Below, piece after piece: positions 10,388-22,224 of a stretch of DNA of 64,000 bases; within the stretch, counting starts at the first letter, position 1; each line of letters opens with the position of its first letter. The notes under the pieces are model-generated. The model did no database searches and was not told the DNA's origin. It saw only the letters and a list, made by a program, of their open reading frames with translations. The stretch lies in NCBI GenBank assembly GCA_965223905.1, contig CBDCXV010000011.1, positions 1,824,001 to 1,888,000 on the forward strand, in the 5' to 3' direction. Position numbers and translations under genes: made by a program. This DNA is from Candidatus Latescibacterota bacterium. GTDB taxonomy: Bacteria > Latescibacterota > UBA2968 > UBA8231.

Positions 10388-11325
10388 TCACCCGTCCGGA
10401 GCGACCAACACCGACTTGAGGATGCGCTCGGCTCCCGGTGCCTCGAAATCCGCGTCCGCTTCGGGAGCCGGCCCCGGAGTTGCATCCCTTCCCCTCAGGG
10501 CCTCGGCAACTACCTGTTCGAACCGAAGGGCCGTCCACTTCTCGTAATTGCTGCTGATCAGCATCCTTCCCCGCGGCCGCAGCAGGGCCGCGGCGTCGGC
10601 TAGCAGGGCAGGCAGATCGCGTTCGATGCGGAAAACACCATCTGCCCCGCGAGAGAAAGAGGGCGGGTCGCAGACGATAAGGTCGAACCTCCGACCCCGG
10701 CGCCTGCAGCCGCGCAGGAACAGGCGCGCGTCGACCCCGGCGAACTCGATCAGGGATTCGTCGAGATCGTTGAGGCGGGCGTTTTCTCGGGCCCATTCGA
10801 AATTGGCGCGGCTGGTGTCGACGTTGACGACCTCCGCGGCGCCGCCGCGAGAGGCACACAGCCCGAAGCCGCCGGTGTAGGCGAACAGGTTCAGCACTTT
10901 CCTGCCCCGCGCCTCCCCCAGAATCCATTCGCGGTTGCGCCGCTGGTCGAGAAACAGCCCGGGCGCCTGCCCGCGGTCCGAGCGCAGCAGGTAGGCCAAC
11001 CCGTGCTCCTCCACCCTCCAGACTGAAGGCGCCTCCGCCGAGCTCCAGGTCCGGCTCCGGTTGGGGGCGAAACCCCGATCCGGCATCTCCCGCGCAATCC
11101 AGTGCTCGCAGCCGGCGAGGCGGCAGACTTCCCCGAAGTACTGCATCTGGTGGACCGTTGGCGCCGCCTCGCGGTACCAGTAGAACCAGCAGACCGGCCC
11201 CAGCCGGTCGCAGCGCACGCCGTTTCCGTCGGTATGGATCAGCCGCACGGCCGGAAACCGGCGCAGGGACGGGTCGGCGAGCCGCCGCTCGACCGCCCCC
11301 AGCCAGACCCTGCGGTCGCCCGGAT

Positions 11326-11329
<4 letters not shown>
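10388..11329 (-). CDS. Class I SAM-dependent methyltransferase (RlmI/RlmK-like)
   Basis: GLFLDQRRNR, VLNLFAYTGGF, DPPSF; GTGA overlap with the upstream activator gene. Confidence 0.85.
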
Positions 11330-12276
<947 letters not shown>

Positions 12277-12372
12277 CTTTTCTATCACTGCAATCACCCT
12301 GTGTCGTCGAGTTCCCGTTGCCGTGCACAGCCTCTCGCGGCCCGTGCGAGGGGTCGAGGCCATTCCCCCCGG

Positions 12373-12388
12373 TACCGGATTTCCGGCA
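12373..12388. promoter_or_regulatory. Candidate upstream activator site
   Basis: Near-palindrome TACCGGATTTCCGGCA about 105-120 bp upstream of the sigma54 -24 element. Confidence 0.4.
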
Positions 12389-12491
12389 GGCGGCAGCGCC
12401 TCCAAGGCCGGCCGCTCACAGTCTGACGGATGAACCCGCAGGAGTACTCGCGAAAAGGGGGAAAAGCCGGACCGGGGAGGCCAACGGGGGC

Positions 12492-12507
12492 CGGCACGCA
12501 TCTTGCA
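12492..12507 (+). promoter_or_regulatory. Sigma54 (-24/-12) promoter
   Basis: CGGCAC-GCATC-TTGCA with exact GG-N10-GC spacing, about 110 bp before the ATG at 12615. Confidence 0.75.
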
Positions 12508-12614
12508 GCGAGCGCACGGAGCATTCCGGGGCGAGGGGCGTCTACCCTCCGCCAGCGGCCGGCTACCGCAGCAGGCCGGGCATCAAGGTCACTTTCGACG
12601 AGGAAGGCCAAGAC

Positions 12615-13652
12615 ATGTCGTATACCGAGATTCAAACCGGGCAGGCGGTAACGGTTCGCAATCCGCCCCTCTCCACCCCGCAGACCGCCAAGGGGGAACC
12701 GGACTTGATGGTGACGGGAAACAGCCGAATGAAGCGGGTCCTCGATGAGCTCGAGCGCATGGCCCGTACGGGGGCGACGGTCCTGATCCAGGGTGAATCT
12801 GGAACCGGGAAGGAGGTGCTGGCGCGGGCGATCCACCGTCGCAGCCCGCGCTCCGGGGGGCCCTTCGTGCGGGTGAATTGCGCATCCCTGCCGGAGGGGA
12901 TCCTGGAAAGCGAGCTCTTCGGCCACGAAAAGGGGGCCTTCACCGGGGCCGTGCGGCAGCGGCCAGGGCGCTTCGAGCTCGCCCACCAGGGGACCATCCT
13001 GCTCGACGAGATCGGGGCCGCCGACGGCAAGGTGCAACAGCGCCTGCTGCGCGTTATCCAGGAACGGGAGTTCGAACGCATCGGCGGCACCCGCACCCTG
13101 TGCACCGATGTCCGCGTCGTCGCGGCGACCAACGTCGACCTGGCCGCGGCGGTGAAGCGCGGAGAATTCCGGGAGGATCTCTACTACCGGCTCAACGTCC
13201 TGCCGATAGAGCTTCCGCCGCTCCGGGACCGCGGCGAGGACATCCCCCTGCTGATCGAGCATTTCCTGGCCCGGTCCGGCCGCCGGAAGGGGCACACCCT
13301 GCGCATCCGGTCCGATGCCGTCGAATGCCTGCAGCAGTACCCCTGGCCGGGAAACATCCGGCAGCTCGAAAACATCCTGGAGCGCATGGTGATTCTCGCG
13401 CGCGGGGAGGAGCTGACCTGCGCCGACATTCCCGCGGAGATCGCCACCTGGCAGGAGCAGGAGGAGTTGGCGGAAATGGGCGCCACCACCTACTGGGATG
13501 CGCGCAAGCAGTTCGAGCGCCGGTTCCTGTGCGGTGCCCTGCGGCGTCACAACGGGGTAATCACCCACGTGGCCGAGGCGATCGGAATCTCGCGCAAGCA
13601 CCTGTACATGCGTCTCGACCAGCTGCGCATCGACTACAGGCGGTATCGATAA
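12615..13652 (+). CDS. Sigma54-interacting enhancer-binding protein lacking an N-terminal sensor domain
   Basis: [46 protein letters not shown]. Only about 30 aa precede the AAA+ domain. Confidence 0.92.
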   Translation: MSYTEIQTGQAVTVRNPPLSTPQTAKGEPDLMVTGNSRMKRVLDELERMARTGATVLIQGESGTGKEVLARAIHRRSPRSGGPFVRVNCASLPEGILESELFGHEKGAFTGAVRQRPGRFELAHQGTILLDEIGAADGKVQQRLLRVIQEREFERIGGTRTLCTDVRVVAATNVDLAAAVKRGEFREDLYYRLNVLPIELPPLRDRGEDIPLLIEHFLARSGRRKGHTLRIRSDAVECLQQYPWPGNIRQLENILERMVILARGEELTCADIPAEIATWQEQEELAEMGATTYWDARKQFERRFLCGALRRHNGVITHVAEAIGISRKHLYMRLDQLRIDYRRYR

Positions 13653-13657
13653 CCGCG

Positions 13658-14746
13658 CTACGGGGTTTCGGGCAACACCGGCATCGCCGCACCACCGCGG
13701 AACTTCTCCAGCTGGGCGAGCAGGTAGTCGTACTGCTCGCCGCCCGGGAGCTCCATCACCAGTGCCAGCTCCATCAGGGCGATGGCACGCTGGCGCTGAC
13801 CGAGCAGGAAAAGCAGCTCGGCGTAGGTGTCGAGAAAGACGACGTTGTCCGGGGCGCTCTTGACTGCGCGCAGCGACAGGTCGAGAGCTCGCTCCAGCTG
13901 CACCCCTTCCTCGGCGTAGAGCCAGGCGAGATTGTTGAGAATCAGCGGCGTCTCCTCCCTTCGAAGGGAGCGCTCGTAGTACTCGATGGCCCGTTGCCGC
14001 GCCCCGATGCCGTAGTAGACCATGGCGATGTGGGAGGCGGTCGCCGCCGGTGCCTGCGAAGCGGACATGGCCTCCTCGAACCGGAGTCCGGCCTTCTCTT
14101 CCAGGCCCTGCCTGAGACGGCATTCCCCGAGCAGCAGCAGGGTGTACTCCTCGTCTTCGCCCGGCAGCGCCTTCTGCAGCACCGCGGCACAGTCCTCGAA
14201 GCGCTCCTGCCGCAGGTATATCCTGCCGAGCTGGACAAGGGCGGAGTCGCGGGCGCCGCTGTCGATGTTGTCGGCCGGTGAGATCGCTTCTTCGAGCAGC
14301 TCCAGGGCCGCCCCCTCTTCATCCAAGCCCCGGTAAGCCCAGCCCAGTCCCGCGCGGACGTGCCAGTTGTCGGGGAAATCCGCGCGCAACTCTCGCAGGG
14401 CGTCCCGCGCCAGGTCGAGGCGATTCTCCTGGAGGCAGATCTCCCGCAGCGTCGCGAACAGGCGGGGGTTGTCCGGATCGATACGGATGGCGCCCTGCAG
14501 CTGCTCCACGGCGCTGTCGACGTCCTCGAGCCCGAGATGGGCGAGGGCGGCCAGCAGCCGCGGCCTCGTCGCCCTCCTCTCCTCGCGCCTCGCTCTCTCC
14601 GCCTCCTGCAAGGCGCGCTCGTAGTACCCCTGCTCGAGAAAGTGACGGGCGAGATGCTCATGGTCGACGGCGGTGCCGCCACAGTGGTTCTCGATGACGA
14701 AAACGCCGGTCAGCGAAAACACCAGCGGCGCAGCGCGCAGCATCAT
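13658..14746 (-). CDS. Tetratricopeptide repeat protein
   Basis: Multiple TPRs, LNNLAWLYA, FLDTYAELL; TGATG overlap with rodA. Confidence 0.85.
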   Translation of the reverse strand: MMLRAAPLVFSLTGVFVIENHCGGTAVDHEHLARHFLEQGYYERALQEAERARREERRATRPRLLAALAHLGLEDVDSAVEQLQGAIRIDPDNPRLFATLREICLQENRLDLARDALRELRADFPDNWHVRAGLGWAYRGLDEEGAALELLEEAISPADNIDSGARDSALVQLGRIYLRQERFEDCAAVLQKALPGEDEEYTLLLLGECRLRQGLEEKAGLRFEEAMSASQAPAATASHIAMVYYGIGARQRAIEYYERSLRREETPLILNNLAWLYAEEGVQLERALDLSLRAVKSAPDNVVFLDTYAELLFLLGQRQRAIALMELALVMELPGGEQYDYLLAQLEKFRGGAAMPVLPETP

Positions 14747-15960
14747 CAGTACTCGTTCCGGTAGCTGTAGACGTGGAGCAGCAGGCCGATGGCAATCCAG
14801 TTCGCCAACAGGGAAGAGCCCCCGTAGCTCAGGAACGGAAGCGGCAATCCGGTAACCGGCATCACGCCGAGGGTCATGCCGACGTTGACGAACACGTGAA
14901 AGGTGAACATCGACGCCAGGCCGATCGCCGTCAGGCTGAAAAACCGGTTGCTCGCCATCGTGCCGATGTAGAGCGAGCGGCAGATGACGGCCAGAAACAG
15001 CGTCAGCACCAGGAGCACGCCGCCGAAACCGAGTTCCTCGCCGATGACGGAGAAGATGAAGTCGGTGTGCGCGGCCGGCAGGAATTCGTACTTCGCCTGG
15101 GTACCCTCGAGGAATCCCTTCCCGGTCAGGCCCCCCGATCCGATGGCGATTTTCGACTGGATGATGTTCCAGCCGGCACCCAGCGGATCGCTTTCGGGAT
15201 CGAGCATCGTCAGGATGCGGGTTTTCTGGTAGTCGCGAACTATTTCCGACCACAGGTACAGCCCCGCGGTCAGGTTGACGGCCAGCAGCGCCAGGGTCGC
15301 CCACAGCCGCGCCACCACGAGGTGGATGCCGACCGAGCTGGCGATGATGAAGAAGGCGTACAGGATGGCGGCGTTGTCCGGCCCCCACAGCGGCTCGAAG
15401 GAGAAGACCACGCTGAGCACGGGAGCGATGATGATAAGCAGGTGTGAGGGCCTCATCCCCGCCCAGTAGATCATCGAAAACAACGACCCGCCCATGGCGA
15501 CGGCGGTACCCAGGTCGGGTTGCTTGGCGACCAGGCCCATCGGCGCGAGGGTCAGCGCCATGACCATCACGAACGGCTTGGGGCTGTTGATCTGCTCCGC
15601 GTTGGTGTCCCCAAGGCAACGAGCGAGGGCGAGCACGGTGGTCACCTTCACCAACTCGCTCGGTTGCAGTCGCAGCGGACCGATGGCGAGCCAGCGCGCC
15701 GGTTCGCCAGACCCCCAGACCAGCACGGCAGCCAGCAGAAGCAGGGAAAACCCGTATGCCGGGTACGCCAGTCCGTAGACGAGACGCTCCGGAACGTAGA
15801 CGATGGCCGCAGCGGCCATCAACGAGAGCAGGGCGAAAAAGGCCTGGTTCTTCCAGACGTACGAGCCGCTGGCGGCGCTGTGGATCATGAAGACTCCCAC
15901 CACCACCATCGCCGCGGCCGGCGCCAGCAACAGCAAGTCGAAGTCGCGGGCCGCCTTCAC
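14746..15960 (-). CDS. rodA: Rod shape-determining protein RodA
   Basis: LQPSELVK, KQPDLGTA, QSKIAIGSGG, HTDFIFS, PVTGLPLPFLSYGGSS. Confidence 0.96.
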   Translation of the reverse strand: MKAARDFDLLLLAPAAAMVVVGVFMIHSAASGSYVWKNQAFFALLSLMAAAAIVYVPERLVYGLAYPAYGFSLLLLAAVLVWGSGEPARWLAIGPLRLQPSELVKVTTVLALARCLGDTNAEQINSPKPFVMVMALTLAPMGLVAKQPDLGTAVAMGGSLFSMIYWAGMRPSHLLIIIAPVLSVVFSFEPLWGPDNAAILYAFFIIASSVGIHLVVARLWATLALLAVNLTAGLYLWSEIVRDYQKTRILTMLDPESDPLGAGWNIIQSKIAIGSGGLTGKGFLEGTQAKYEFLPAAHTDFIFSVIGEELGFGGVLLVLTLFLAVICRSLYIGTMASNRFFSLTAIGLASMFTFHVFVNVGMTLGVMPVTGLPLPFLSYGGSSLLANWIAIGLLLHVYSYRNEY

Positions 15961-17735
15961 GTCCCCGGGGGCCTTTCGTTCCCATCTGTCACCGGGGCCG
16001 ACCGCGAACCGGGCGCGGCGAGCCTGTCCTCGAAACAGGCCTCGAAGACCGCGCGCGCCACCGGAGCGGCAACGGCTCCTCCCCCTCCTCCCCCTTCAAC
16101 GATCACGGCGACGGCTATCTCCGGCTTCTCAAAGGGAGCGAAAGCGATGAACCATGCGTCGTCCCCCCTGCCGGGAGCCTGTGCGGTTCCGCTCTTGCCT
16201 GCGGCTTCGAGTCCGTCGAGACGCAGGCGCCTCCCGGTTCCGTTGGGGTTGTAGACGACGCGGCGCATCGACTCCTTGACGATTTCCAGAGTGCTCCTGG
16301 AAATCCCCTCGATTCTCTCCGGCCGCGGGGCCGGACCGTGAACGTGGGGAGTGACGAGGTGACCGCCGTTGGCCAGGGCGGCTACGTATCGGGCCATCTG
16401 CAGCGGCGTCGCCAGGAAGGCTCCCTGTCCGATTACGAGGTTCAGCAGGTGCCCGGCAGCCCACCACCCCTCGTTTTCGACATAGTACTGGCGCGAGGGC
16501 AGCAGGCCGGTTCTCTCCATGAACTCCTCGTGAAAGCCTGTCGCGGCGCCGAACCCGAGCTTGGAGGCCGTGGCGTACCACGCCTTCATGCCGAGATGCT
16601 GGGCGAGATGATAGAAATAGATATTGCAAGAGGTGGCGGTCGCTTCCAGCAGGTTCAGCGCCCCGTGCCCCCGGCGGTTGAAACAGCGGAAGACGGTGTC
16701 TCCCACCCTCAGTGTGCCGGCGCAGGGTGGGAAGGTGCTCATAGTGTCGGTTATTCCCGCTTCGAGGGCGGCGACCGAGGCGACCATCTTCAGGGTCGAA
16801 CCGGGCGGGTACTGCCCCTGGAGCGAGCGGTTCAGAAGATCGTTGTCACTGGACATCAGGCGCAGCCGATCCTGCTGGGACTGGAACGACACGAAAACAT
16901 TCGGATCGAAGCTCGGCCTGCTAGCCATCGCCAGAACGGCCCCGTCGCGGGGGTCGATGGCCACCACACTGCCGGCCCGGGTATCCGGCAACGCGGCTTC
17001 GGCAGCGCGCTGAAGGTCGAGGTCCAGGGTGAGTACGAGGTCCCGTCCCGGCGTCGGGACCCGTTCCCTCTCGGGAAACGGGAATTCATCAATGATGCGG
17101 AGCTTGGCATCCATCTCCACGTAGCGGACCCCGTCCCAGCCGCGCAGAGTGTCCTCGAAAACCTTCTCGATCCCGCTCCTCCCTACATAGTCCCCCGAGA
17201 CGTAGCGCCTCGACCGCAACTTGCCTATGTCGTTTGGCGGCAATTGTCCCATGTACCCTAGCAGGTGGGAGGCCACCGGGCCGTGGGGATACTGTCGTTG
17301 CGGCTCGATGGCGATCGCCAGAGGCCAATCATCCATGAGGCGCTCCTCGACGATGCAGACGGTTTCGAAATCGACGTCTCGCTTCAGCCGCTTGAACCGC
17401 TCCTCGGAGGCAGGAAGCGGGATCTCTTCACCGAGCGCGCTTCCGAGGGCGGCAATGGTTTCGGCGTTGCGCCGTGACGTCGAGGAGATCAGCGAGACCG
17501 TGTAGGAGGCGCGGTTGCGGGCAAGGACGCGGCCGCGGCGATCAAGGATACGCCCTCGCGGAGCCGTGACGCGCTTTTGGTGGATGCGGTTGTCCTCCGA
17601 CTCCTTGGCGTAGTCGGCAAAGGTCCTGACCTGCAGATGGAAAAGCCGGATCAGGAGCACGCTGAACAGGATGGCTACCGCGATGATCAGGACGCGGAAC
17701 TTGCTCATCCACTGTTTGTGAGTCGCCGGATCCAT
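15957..17735 (-). CDS. mrdA: Penicillin-binding protein 2
   Basis: N-terminal TM, APRGRILDR, YPPGSTLK (SxxK), SCN, GKSGTAQ. Confidence 0.95.
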   Translation of the reverse strand: MDPATHKQWMSKFRVLIIAVAILFSVLLIRLFHLQVRTFADYAKESEDNRIHQKRVTAPRGRILDRRGRVLARNRASYTVSLISSTSRRNAETIAALGSALGEEIPLPASEERFKRLKRDVDFETVCIVEERLMDDWPLAIAIEPQRQYPHGPVASHLLGYMGQLPPNDIGKLRSRRYVSGDYVGRSGIEKVFEDTLRGWDGVRYVEMDAKLRIIDEFPFPERERVPTPGRDLVLTLDLDLQRAAEAALPDTRAGSVVAIDPRDGAVLAMASRPSFDPNVFVSFQSQQDRLRLMSSDNDLLNRSLQGQYPPGSTLKMVASVAALEAGITDTMSTFPPCAGTLRVGDTVFRCFNRRGHGALNLLEATATSCNIYFYHLAQHLGMKAWYATASKLGFGAATGFHEEFMERTGLLPSRQYYVENEGWWAAGHLLNLVIGQGAFLATPLQMARYVAALANGGHLVTPHVHGPAPRPERIEGISRSTLEIVKESMRRVVYNPNGTGRRLRLDGLEAAGKSGTAQAPGRGDDAWFIAFAPFEKPEIAVAVIVEGGGGGGAVAAPVARAVFEACFEDRLAAPGSRSAPVTDGNERPPGT

Positions 17736-17747
17736 GGCGGAGCAGTT

Positions 17748-18242
17748 TCAGCGGGATCTTACAGGTGGAATGCGACGCAGCACCCGCAAAGGAAACACAA
17801 CGAGGCCGGCGGCCAGGCCGGTGAAAAGCGCCCGGCCAGGCGCGTAACGCAGCCAGAAATAGGGCTTCTCCAACACCGCGACCCCGCCGTGGGCGGCGTA
17901 GAAGATCAGGTCGTGCACCAGGACGGCGGCGCAGATGATCATCACCTGAACCCGCGGCGAATCGGCCAGAACGCGGCCCCGCAGCGAGGCGACGGCGAAG
18001 GCGGTGACCGACTTGGCCAGGGCGTTCAACCCCAGCTCGCCCGGAAGATAGGTATCCTGGACGAAGCCGGCGCAGAAGGCGAGAAGGGTCGACCGAACCG
18101 GTCCTGCCCTCAGGGCGATGAAGACGACCGTCAGGATGACCGCGTCCGGGAAAACCTCGAAAATAACGAGGTGGTGAGCCCATGTCGTCTGGATCACGAA
18201 CGCCAGGCACAGAAACAGGATCTGCCGTACCAGGTCGAGCAC
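17748..18242 (-). CDS. mreD: Rod shape-determining protein MreD
   Basis: Hydrophobic 164 aa with PD..L and G..QD motifs, directly upstream of mrdA. Confidence 0.85.
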   Translation of the reverse strand: MLDLVRQILFLCLAFVIQTTWAHHLVIFEVFPDAVILTVVFIALRAGPVRSTLLAFCAGFVQDTYLPGELGLNALAKSVTAFAVASLRGRVLADSPRVQVMIICAAVLVHDLIFYAAHGGVAVLEKPYFWLRYAPGRALFTGLAAGLVVFPLRVLRRIPPVRSR

Positions 18243-18249
18243 AGCGACG

Positions 18250-20280
18250 CTAGTCCACTTGCGATGGAACCCTGAGCGTCATCCCGGTGAGAAGCGTCGT
18301 CGACTGGCTCATGTTGTTGTTGCGGGCAATGGAGAGCGCGTTGGTGCCGAAGCGGCGCGCAATGCTGTGGAGAGTGTCTCCGCCTATGACCGTGTAGAGG
18401 TCGAAACCGCCGTCCTCCGGCGGGCCCACGACAAGATCCCGCCCCGGTCTGATCGTCGAGTCGGTGAGCCCGTTCCAGGCGATCAGGTCGTCCAGGTCGA
18501 TGCGGTAGCGCCGCGACAGCCCCCACAAGGTTTCGCCAGGCTGGACGCGGTGTACGGTTCCACGGGTCGGAAGCTGTGATCGGGACGGGGGGGGCGTCCC
18601 CGATCCCGAAATCTCGAGCCGCAGCTTGTCTCCCGGCCGAATCAGGTCGCCCCGCAGCCCGTTCCAGCGCTTCAGGTCGTCAACGGGGATCCGGTACCGG
18701 CGCGCCACCGTGCTCAGCGATTCACCCCGGCGGACCGTATGGACGGAAGGGGTCCCCTGCGAGCGGCCGACGTTCACTGTGGTCCGCACCCGCCCGGTCG
18801 TAGAGCTCACGGGGATGAAAAGGCTTTGTCCGGGGTGGATGAGGTCGGGATTTCGCAATCCGTTGGCCTCGGCGATGTCGCGGATGCGGATGCCGAACGC
18901 GGCGGCTATCGACGATATGCTGTCGCCGCGGCGGACCACGTACCGGTCGACCCCGGGTTTCTGCGAATCGGGAAGCCGTGCGTAGGAGCGCAGCAAGGAT
19001 GGACCGCTTCCTGCCGGTACCCGCAGGAAATACGGTTTCCCTGGTGGCGTCCACTGACGCCGCAACTCCGGGTTGAGGTCCCGGAGCGTCTGGTATTCGA
19101 TTCCAATGAGGCGCGCCGCGGTCGGCAGGTGCACCTGTTCCGAGAACCGCACCTGCTCGACGTCGGCAGGGGTCTCCGTGGGCGGATGGTCCAGCCCGAA
19201 CAGCCGCGGGTTCTTTGAGATGAGCGTCGCCGCCATCAGCAACGGCACGTAGTTTCGCGTCTCTCTCGGCAGCTGCAGCTCCCAGAAGTCGCGGCTACCC
19301 GCCTTTTCGATCGCCCGCGAAACGCGTCCCTTGCCGGAATTGTACGCCGCCGCGGCCAGCCGCCAATCTCCGAAATGCGCGAACAGGTCCTTGAGGTGAC
19401 GGGCGGCGGCACGCGTGGCCTTTTCCGGGTCGCGGCGCTCGTCGACCCAGTGAGTTCGGTCAAGCCCGTAGAGCCGGCCAGTCCCGAGCATGAACTGCCA
19501 CAACCCCACCGCCTTGGCTCTTGAATAGGCGCGCGGGTTGAAGCCGCTTTCGATCATGGCCAGGTAGAAGAAGTCGAGGGGAAGCCCCTCGCTGCGCAGG
19601 ATGTCGAGAATCATGTCTCGGTACCGGCCCGAGCGGCGCATCCAGTTCGCGTAGCTTTTGCGGCCCTTGGTCTGGAAGAAATGAATGCTGGCGGCGACCC
19701 GGGGGTTGTAGTCGATCGGAATGTCGCAAAGAGGCATGACCTTGTGGATGCGGACCTTCAGGCTGGCATCGGGGGGAAGGTCCTCGATGCGCTCTTCCGA
19801 CAATCCCTGAAGCAGAACAGACACCGGGCTTTCGGGAGACAGGCTCTCGAGGTGGGGCACCAACGTCAGGTAGGTGCGCTCTACCGCGGCCGCGAGGCTG
19901 TCGACAGCCTCTGCATACGGCGGCGGGCCGGCATACGCGACCGGGCCCGGGTCAACGGGCGGAAGCTGGCCGGGCACGGTTTCCTCCGCCTCTTCGCCGT
20001 CCTCCTCCTGCTGCAGGGCCATTAAAGTGAGAAATGCCTTGTCGAGCTCCCTTTGAGCCGACTCGAACCGCTTGGCTGCGATCTCCTCAAGAGCGCGCAG
20101 ATGGCGCATGCGTGCCCGCAGGAGCAGCCGCTCGCGCTCGCGTTCGAGCGAGAGATCGGCATACACGGAATCGGCCGCCTCGGCAACGGGCTGAGGGTCG
20201 TCGTGGACCACCCACTTGGACGAGCACCCCGCCAAGTGTGCGACCAGGGACAGCAGGATCACTCGCGCGACCGCGCTCAT
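18250..20280 (-). CDS. mltD: Membrane-bound lytic murein transglycosylase D-like lipoprotein with 4 LysM domains
   Basis: Lipobox LAGC, IESGFNP, GLWQFM, AAYNSG, ETRNYVP, four LysM repeats. Confidence 0.9.
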   Translation of the reverse strand: MSAVARVILLSLVAHLAGCSSKWVVHDDPQPVAEAADSVYADLSLERERERLLLRARMRHLRALEEIAAKRFESAQRELDKAFLTLMALQQEEDGEEAEETVPGQLPPVDPGPVAYAGPPPYAEAVDSLAAAVERTYLTLVPHLESLSPESPVSVLLQGLSEERIEDLPPDASLKVRIHKVMPLCDIPIDYNPRVAASIHFFQTKGRKSYANWMRRSGRYRDMILDILRSEGLPLDFFYLAMIESGFNPRAYSRAKAVGLWQFMLGTGRLYGLDRTHWVDERRDPEKATRAAARHLKDLFAHFGDWRLAAAAYNSGKGRVSRAIEKAGSRDFWELQLPRETRNYVPLLMAATLISKNPRLFGLDHPPTETPADVEQVRFSEQVHLPTAARLIGIEYQTLRDLNPELRRQWTPPGKPYFLRVPAGSGPSLLRSYARLPDSQKPGVDRYVVRRGDSISSIAAAFGIRIRDIAEANGLRNPDLIHPGQSLFIPVSSTTGRVRTTVNVGRSQGTPSVHTVRRGESLSTVARRYRIPVDDLKRWNGLRGDLIRPGDKLRLEISGSGTPPPSRSQLPTRGTVHRVQPGETLWGLSRRYRIDLDDLIAWNGLTDSTIRPGRDLVVGPPEDGGFDLYTVIGGDTLHSIARRFGTNALSIARNNNMSQSTTLLTGMTLRVPSQVD

Positions 20281-21164
20281 TGGTCCTCCTTCGGAACCGT
20301 CACCTCGCGGCGCACCTTCAGGGCGCTGGGAAAGCCGCGTCTCTTGACCAACGCCACCAACTCCTGCGCCGCGGCTTCCTCCCCGGCCCTGAACTGGCCC
20401 ACCTCGACCTTGAACAAGGGCTCGTGGAAGTTGATCTCCACATCGTCCCGGCCGAGCCGTTCGACCGCCTTGCGGCGGAACGCCTCGGCATCCGCGAGAT
20501 CGAGAGACTCGTAGATGAGGACCCTCCAGCCCGGTTCGTGCAAGAGCCCGGGATCCTCCGGCCCGGGGAGGTCCTGCTCGGGCTCCTCTCCAGGGGGATG
20601 GCGTTTTTCGATCGGCGATTCCACCTGTCCGGCGGCAGGGTCGTGGACGACGAAGGCGTCCGAGAAGTCGCTTTTCATTTCCGCAATTCGCGCCCGTAGC
20701 GCCTGGGCGGCGTCAGGGCCGGCCAATCGACCTGCCCTGACGGCATGCAGACCGTTGTGCGCAAATACGGTTACCTCTACCCCCAGCTGCCGCTGCAACG
20801 ATCCGGCAAGCACCCGCGCCGCGGTTTCACTGCTGAGGGCGACGACCTGGACGCGGTATGCCCCCCGACTTTCCGTTGCGGCACTGCCGCCTCCGGGACG
20901 TTTCTCGACGGAAGACCCGCCTTCAGAAACCGACGACTCCGCTGCAGGGGGTGCGAACGCCGGTTCGATCAGCAGCAGATCTTCCCGCACCGACCGCGGA
21001 TCGAACTCCTCGGCGAGCGGGCGCGCGCCGTCGGTAACCCGCGGGAGCGTTTGCGGCACCTGTTTCGCCGGGCCTGCGCAGCCGATGCAGGCAATCAGCA
21101 CCGAATGCAGCGCGGCGGGAACGTGGCCGTAGAGAACGCTAGGCGCGCGGTGACTGCTTTTCAT
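20277..21164 (-). CDS. SPOR domain-containing lipoprotein
   Basis: Lipobox-like IGC and two SPOR-like domains (YRVQV..., WRVLI...FKVEVGQF). Start uncertain. Confidence 0.75.
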   Translation of the reverse strand: MKSSHRAPSVLYGHVPAALHSVLIACIGCAGPAKQVPQTLPRVTDGARPLAEEFDPRSVREDLLLIEPAFAPPAAESSVSEGGSSVEKRPGGGSAATESRGAYRVQVVALSSETAARVLAGSLQRQLGVEVTVFAHNGLHAVRAGRLAGPDAAQALRARIAEMKSDFSDAFVVHDPAAGQVESPIEKRHPPGEEPEQDLPGPEDPGLLHEPGWRVLIYESLDLADAEAFRRKAVERLGRDDVEINFHEPLFKVEVGQFRAGEEAAAQELVALVKRRGFPSALKVRREVTVPKEDQ

Positions 21165-22224
21165 GCTTTCCGTTCCAGATGCTCAAGGCGGCATCGAAAG
21201 AGGGCCGCGCCACGCCGTGCTCGGTGATGATGGCGTCGATGAGGCTGTGGGGCGTCACGTCGAAGGCAGGGTTCATGACCTCGACCCCCCGCGGGGTACT
21301 GGCCGCTCCCGGCCGCCCGCTCACCTCTTCCGGGGACCTCTCCTCGATGGGAATTTCGACTCCCGACCGCAGCTGGAAATCGACGGTCGACATCGGGGCG
21401 GCCACGTAGAAGGGGATTCCGTGCTCGCGCGCGAGCACCGCCAATCCATACGTGCCGATCTTGTTGGCGACATCGCCGTTGGCGGCGACGCGGTCGGCGC
21501 CGACGATGACACTGGCAATCTTTTCGGCCCTCATGACGGCCGCGGCGGCCGCGTCGCAGATCACGGTTACGTCGATTCCGTTCTGCATAAGCTCCCATGC
21601 CGTAAGCCGCGAACCCTGCAGGAGCGGCCTTGTCTCGCCGGCGAAAACCCGCACCCGCTTGCCTTGCTGAGCCGCGCCGTACACAACTCCGAGGGCGGTG
21701 CCGCAGCCAGCCGTCGCCAGGGACCCGGCGTTGCAGTGGGTGAGGACCTTGTCGCCATCGGACAACAGGCCGGCCCCGTGCTCCCCGATGCGCCTGCAGA
21801 CGGCGCGGTCCGCCTCACGGATGCGGTGAGCAGCTGCGAGCAGATCGCGGGCGAGCCGCTCTTCATCGAGAGATCCGTCACCTGCACACCGCCCCATCGT
21901 GTCGCGCATCCGGCGCAACGCCCAGAACAGGTTGACGGCAGTCGGCCGCGTACCGGCGAGCCGTTTCAAGGCCCCTTCGACACGCCCCGGGAAATCCGCT
22001 TTTCCGAGGGCATTGCGGGCCGCCAGGGCAACCCCGTAGGCCGCGGCGACGCCGATGGCCGGGGCTCCCCGAACCCTGAGGACCTCGATGCTTTCGGCGA
22101 CCATTTCGGCATCGGTGCAGTCGACGTAGACAACCTCCGCGGGCAGTTGCGTTTGATCGAGCAGGCGCAGGACGGGCTCTTTCCCGCCCCCGGGCTCGAT
22201 CCACTCGGCTGTTTCGATCCTCAC
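21139..22224 (-). CDS. mtnA: S-methyl-5-thioribose-1-phosphate isomerase
   Basis: LDQTQLP, VRGAPAIG, RPTAVNL, THCNAG, ETRPLLQGSRLTAWEL, NPAFDVTP. Confidence 0.96.
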   Translation of the reverse strand: MRIETAEWIEPGGGKEPVLRLLDQTQLPAEVVYVDCTDAEMVAESIEVLRVRGAPAIGVAAAYGVALAARNALGKADFPGRVEGALKRLAGTRPTAVNLFWALRRMRDTMGRCAGDGSLDEERLARDLLAAAHRIREADRAVCRRIGEHGAGLLSDGDKVLTHCNAGSLATAGCGTALGVVYGAAQQGKRVRVFAGETRPLLQGSRLTAWELMQNGIDVTVICDAAAAAVMRAEKIASVIVGADRVAANGDVANKIGTYGLAVLAREHGIPFYVAAPMSTVDFQLRSGVEIPIEERSPEEVSGRPGAASTPRGVEVMNPAFDVTPHSLIDAIITEHGVARPSFDAALSIWNGKHEKQSPRA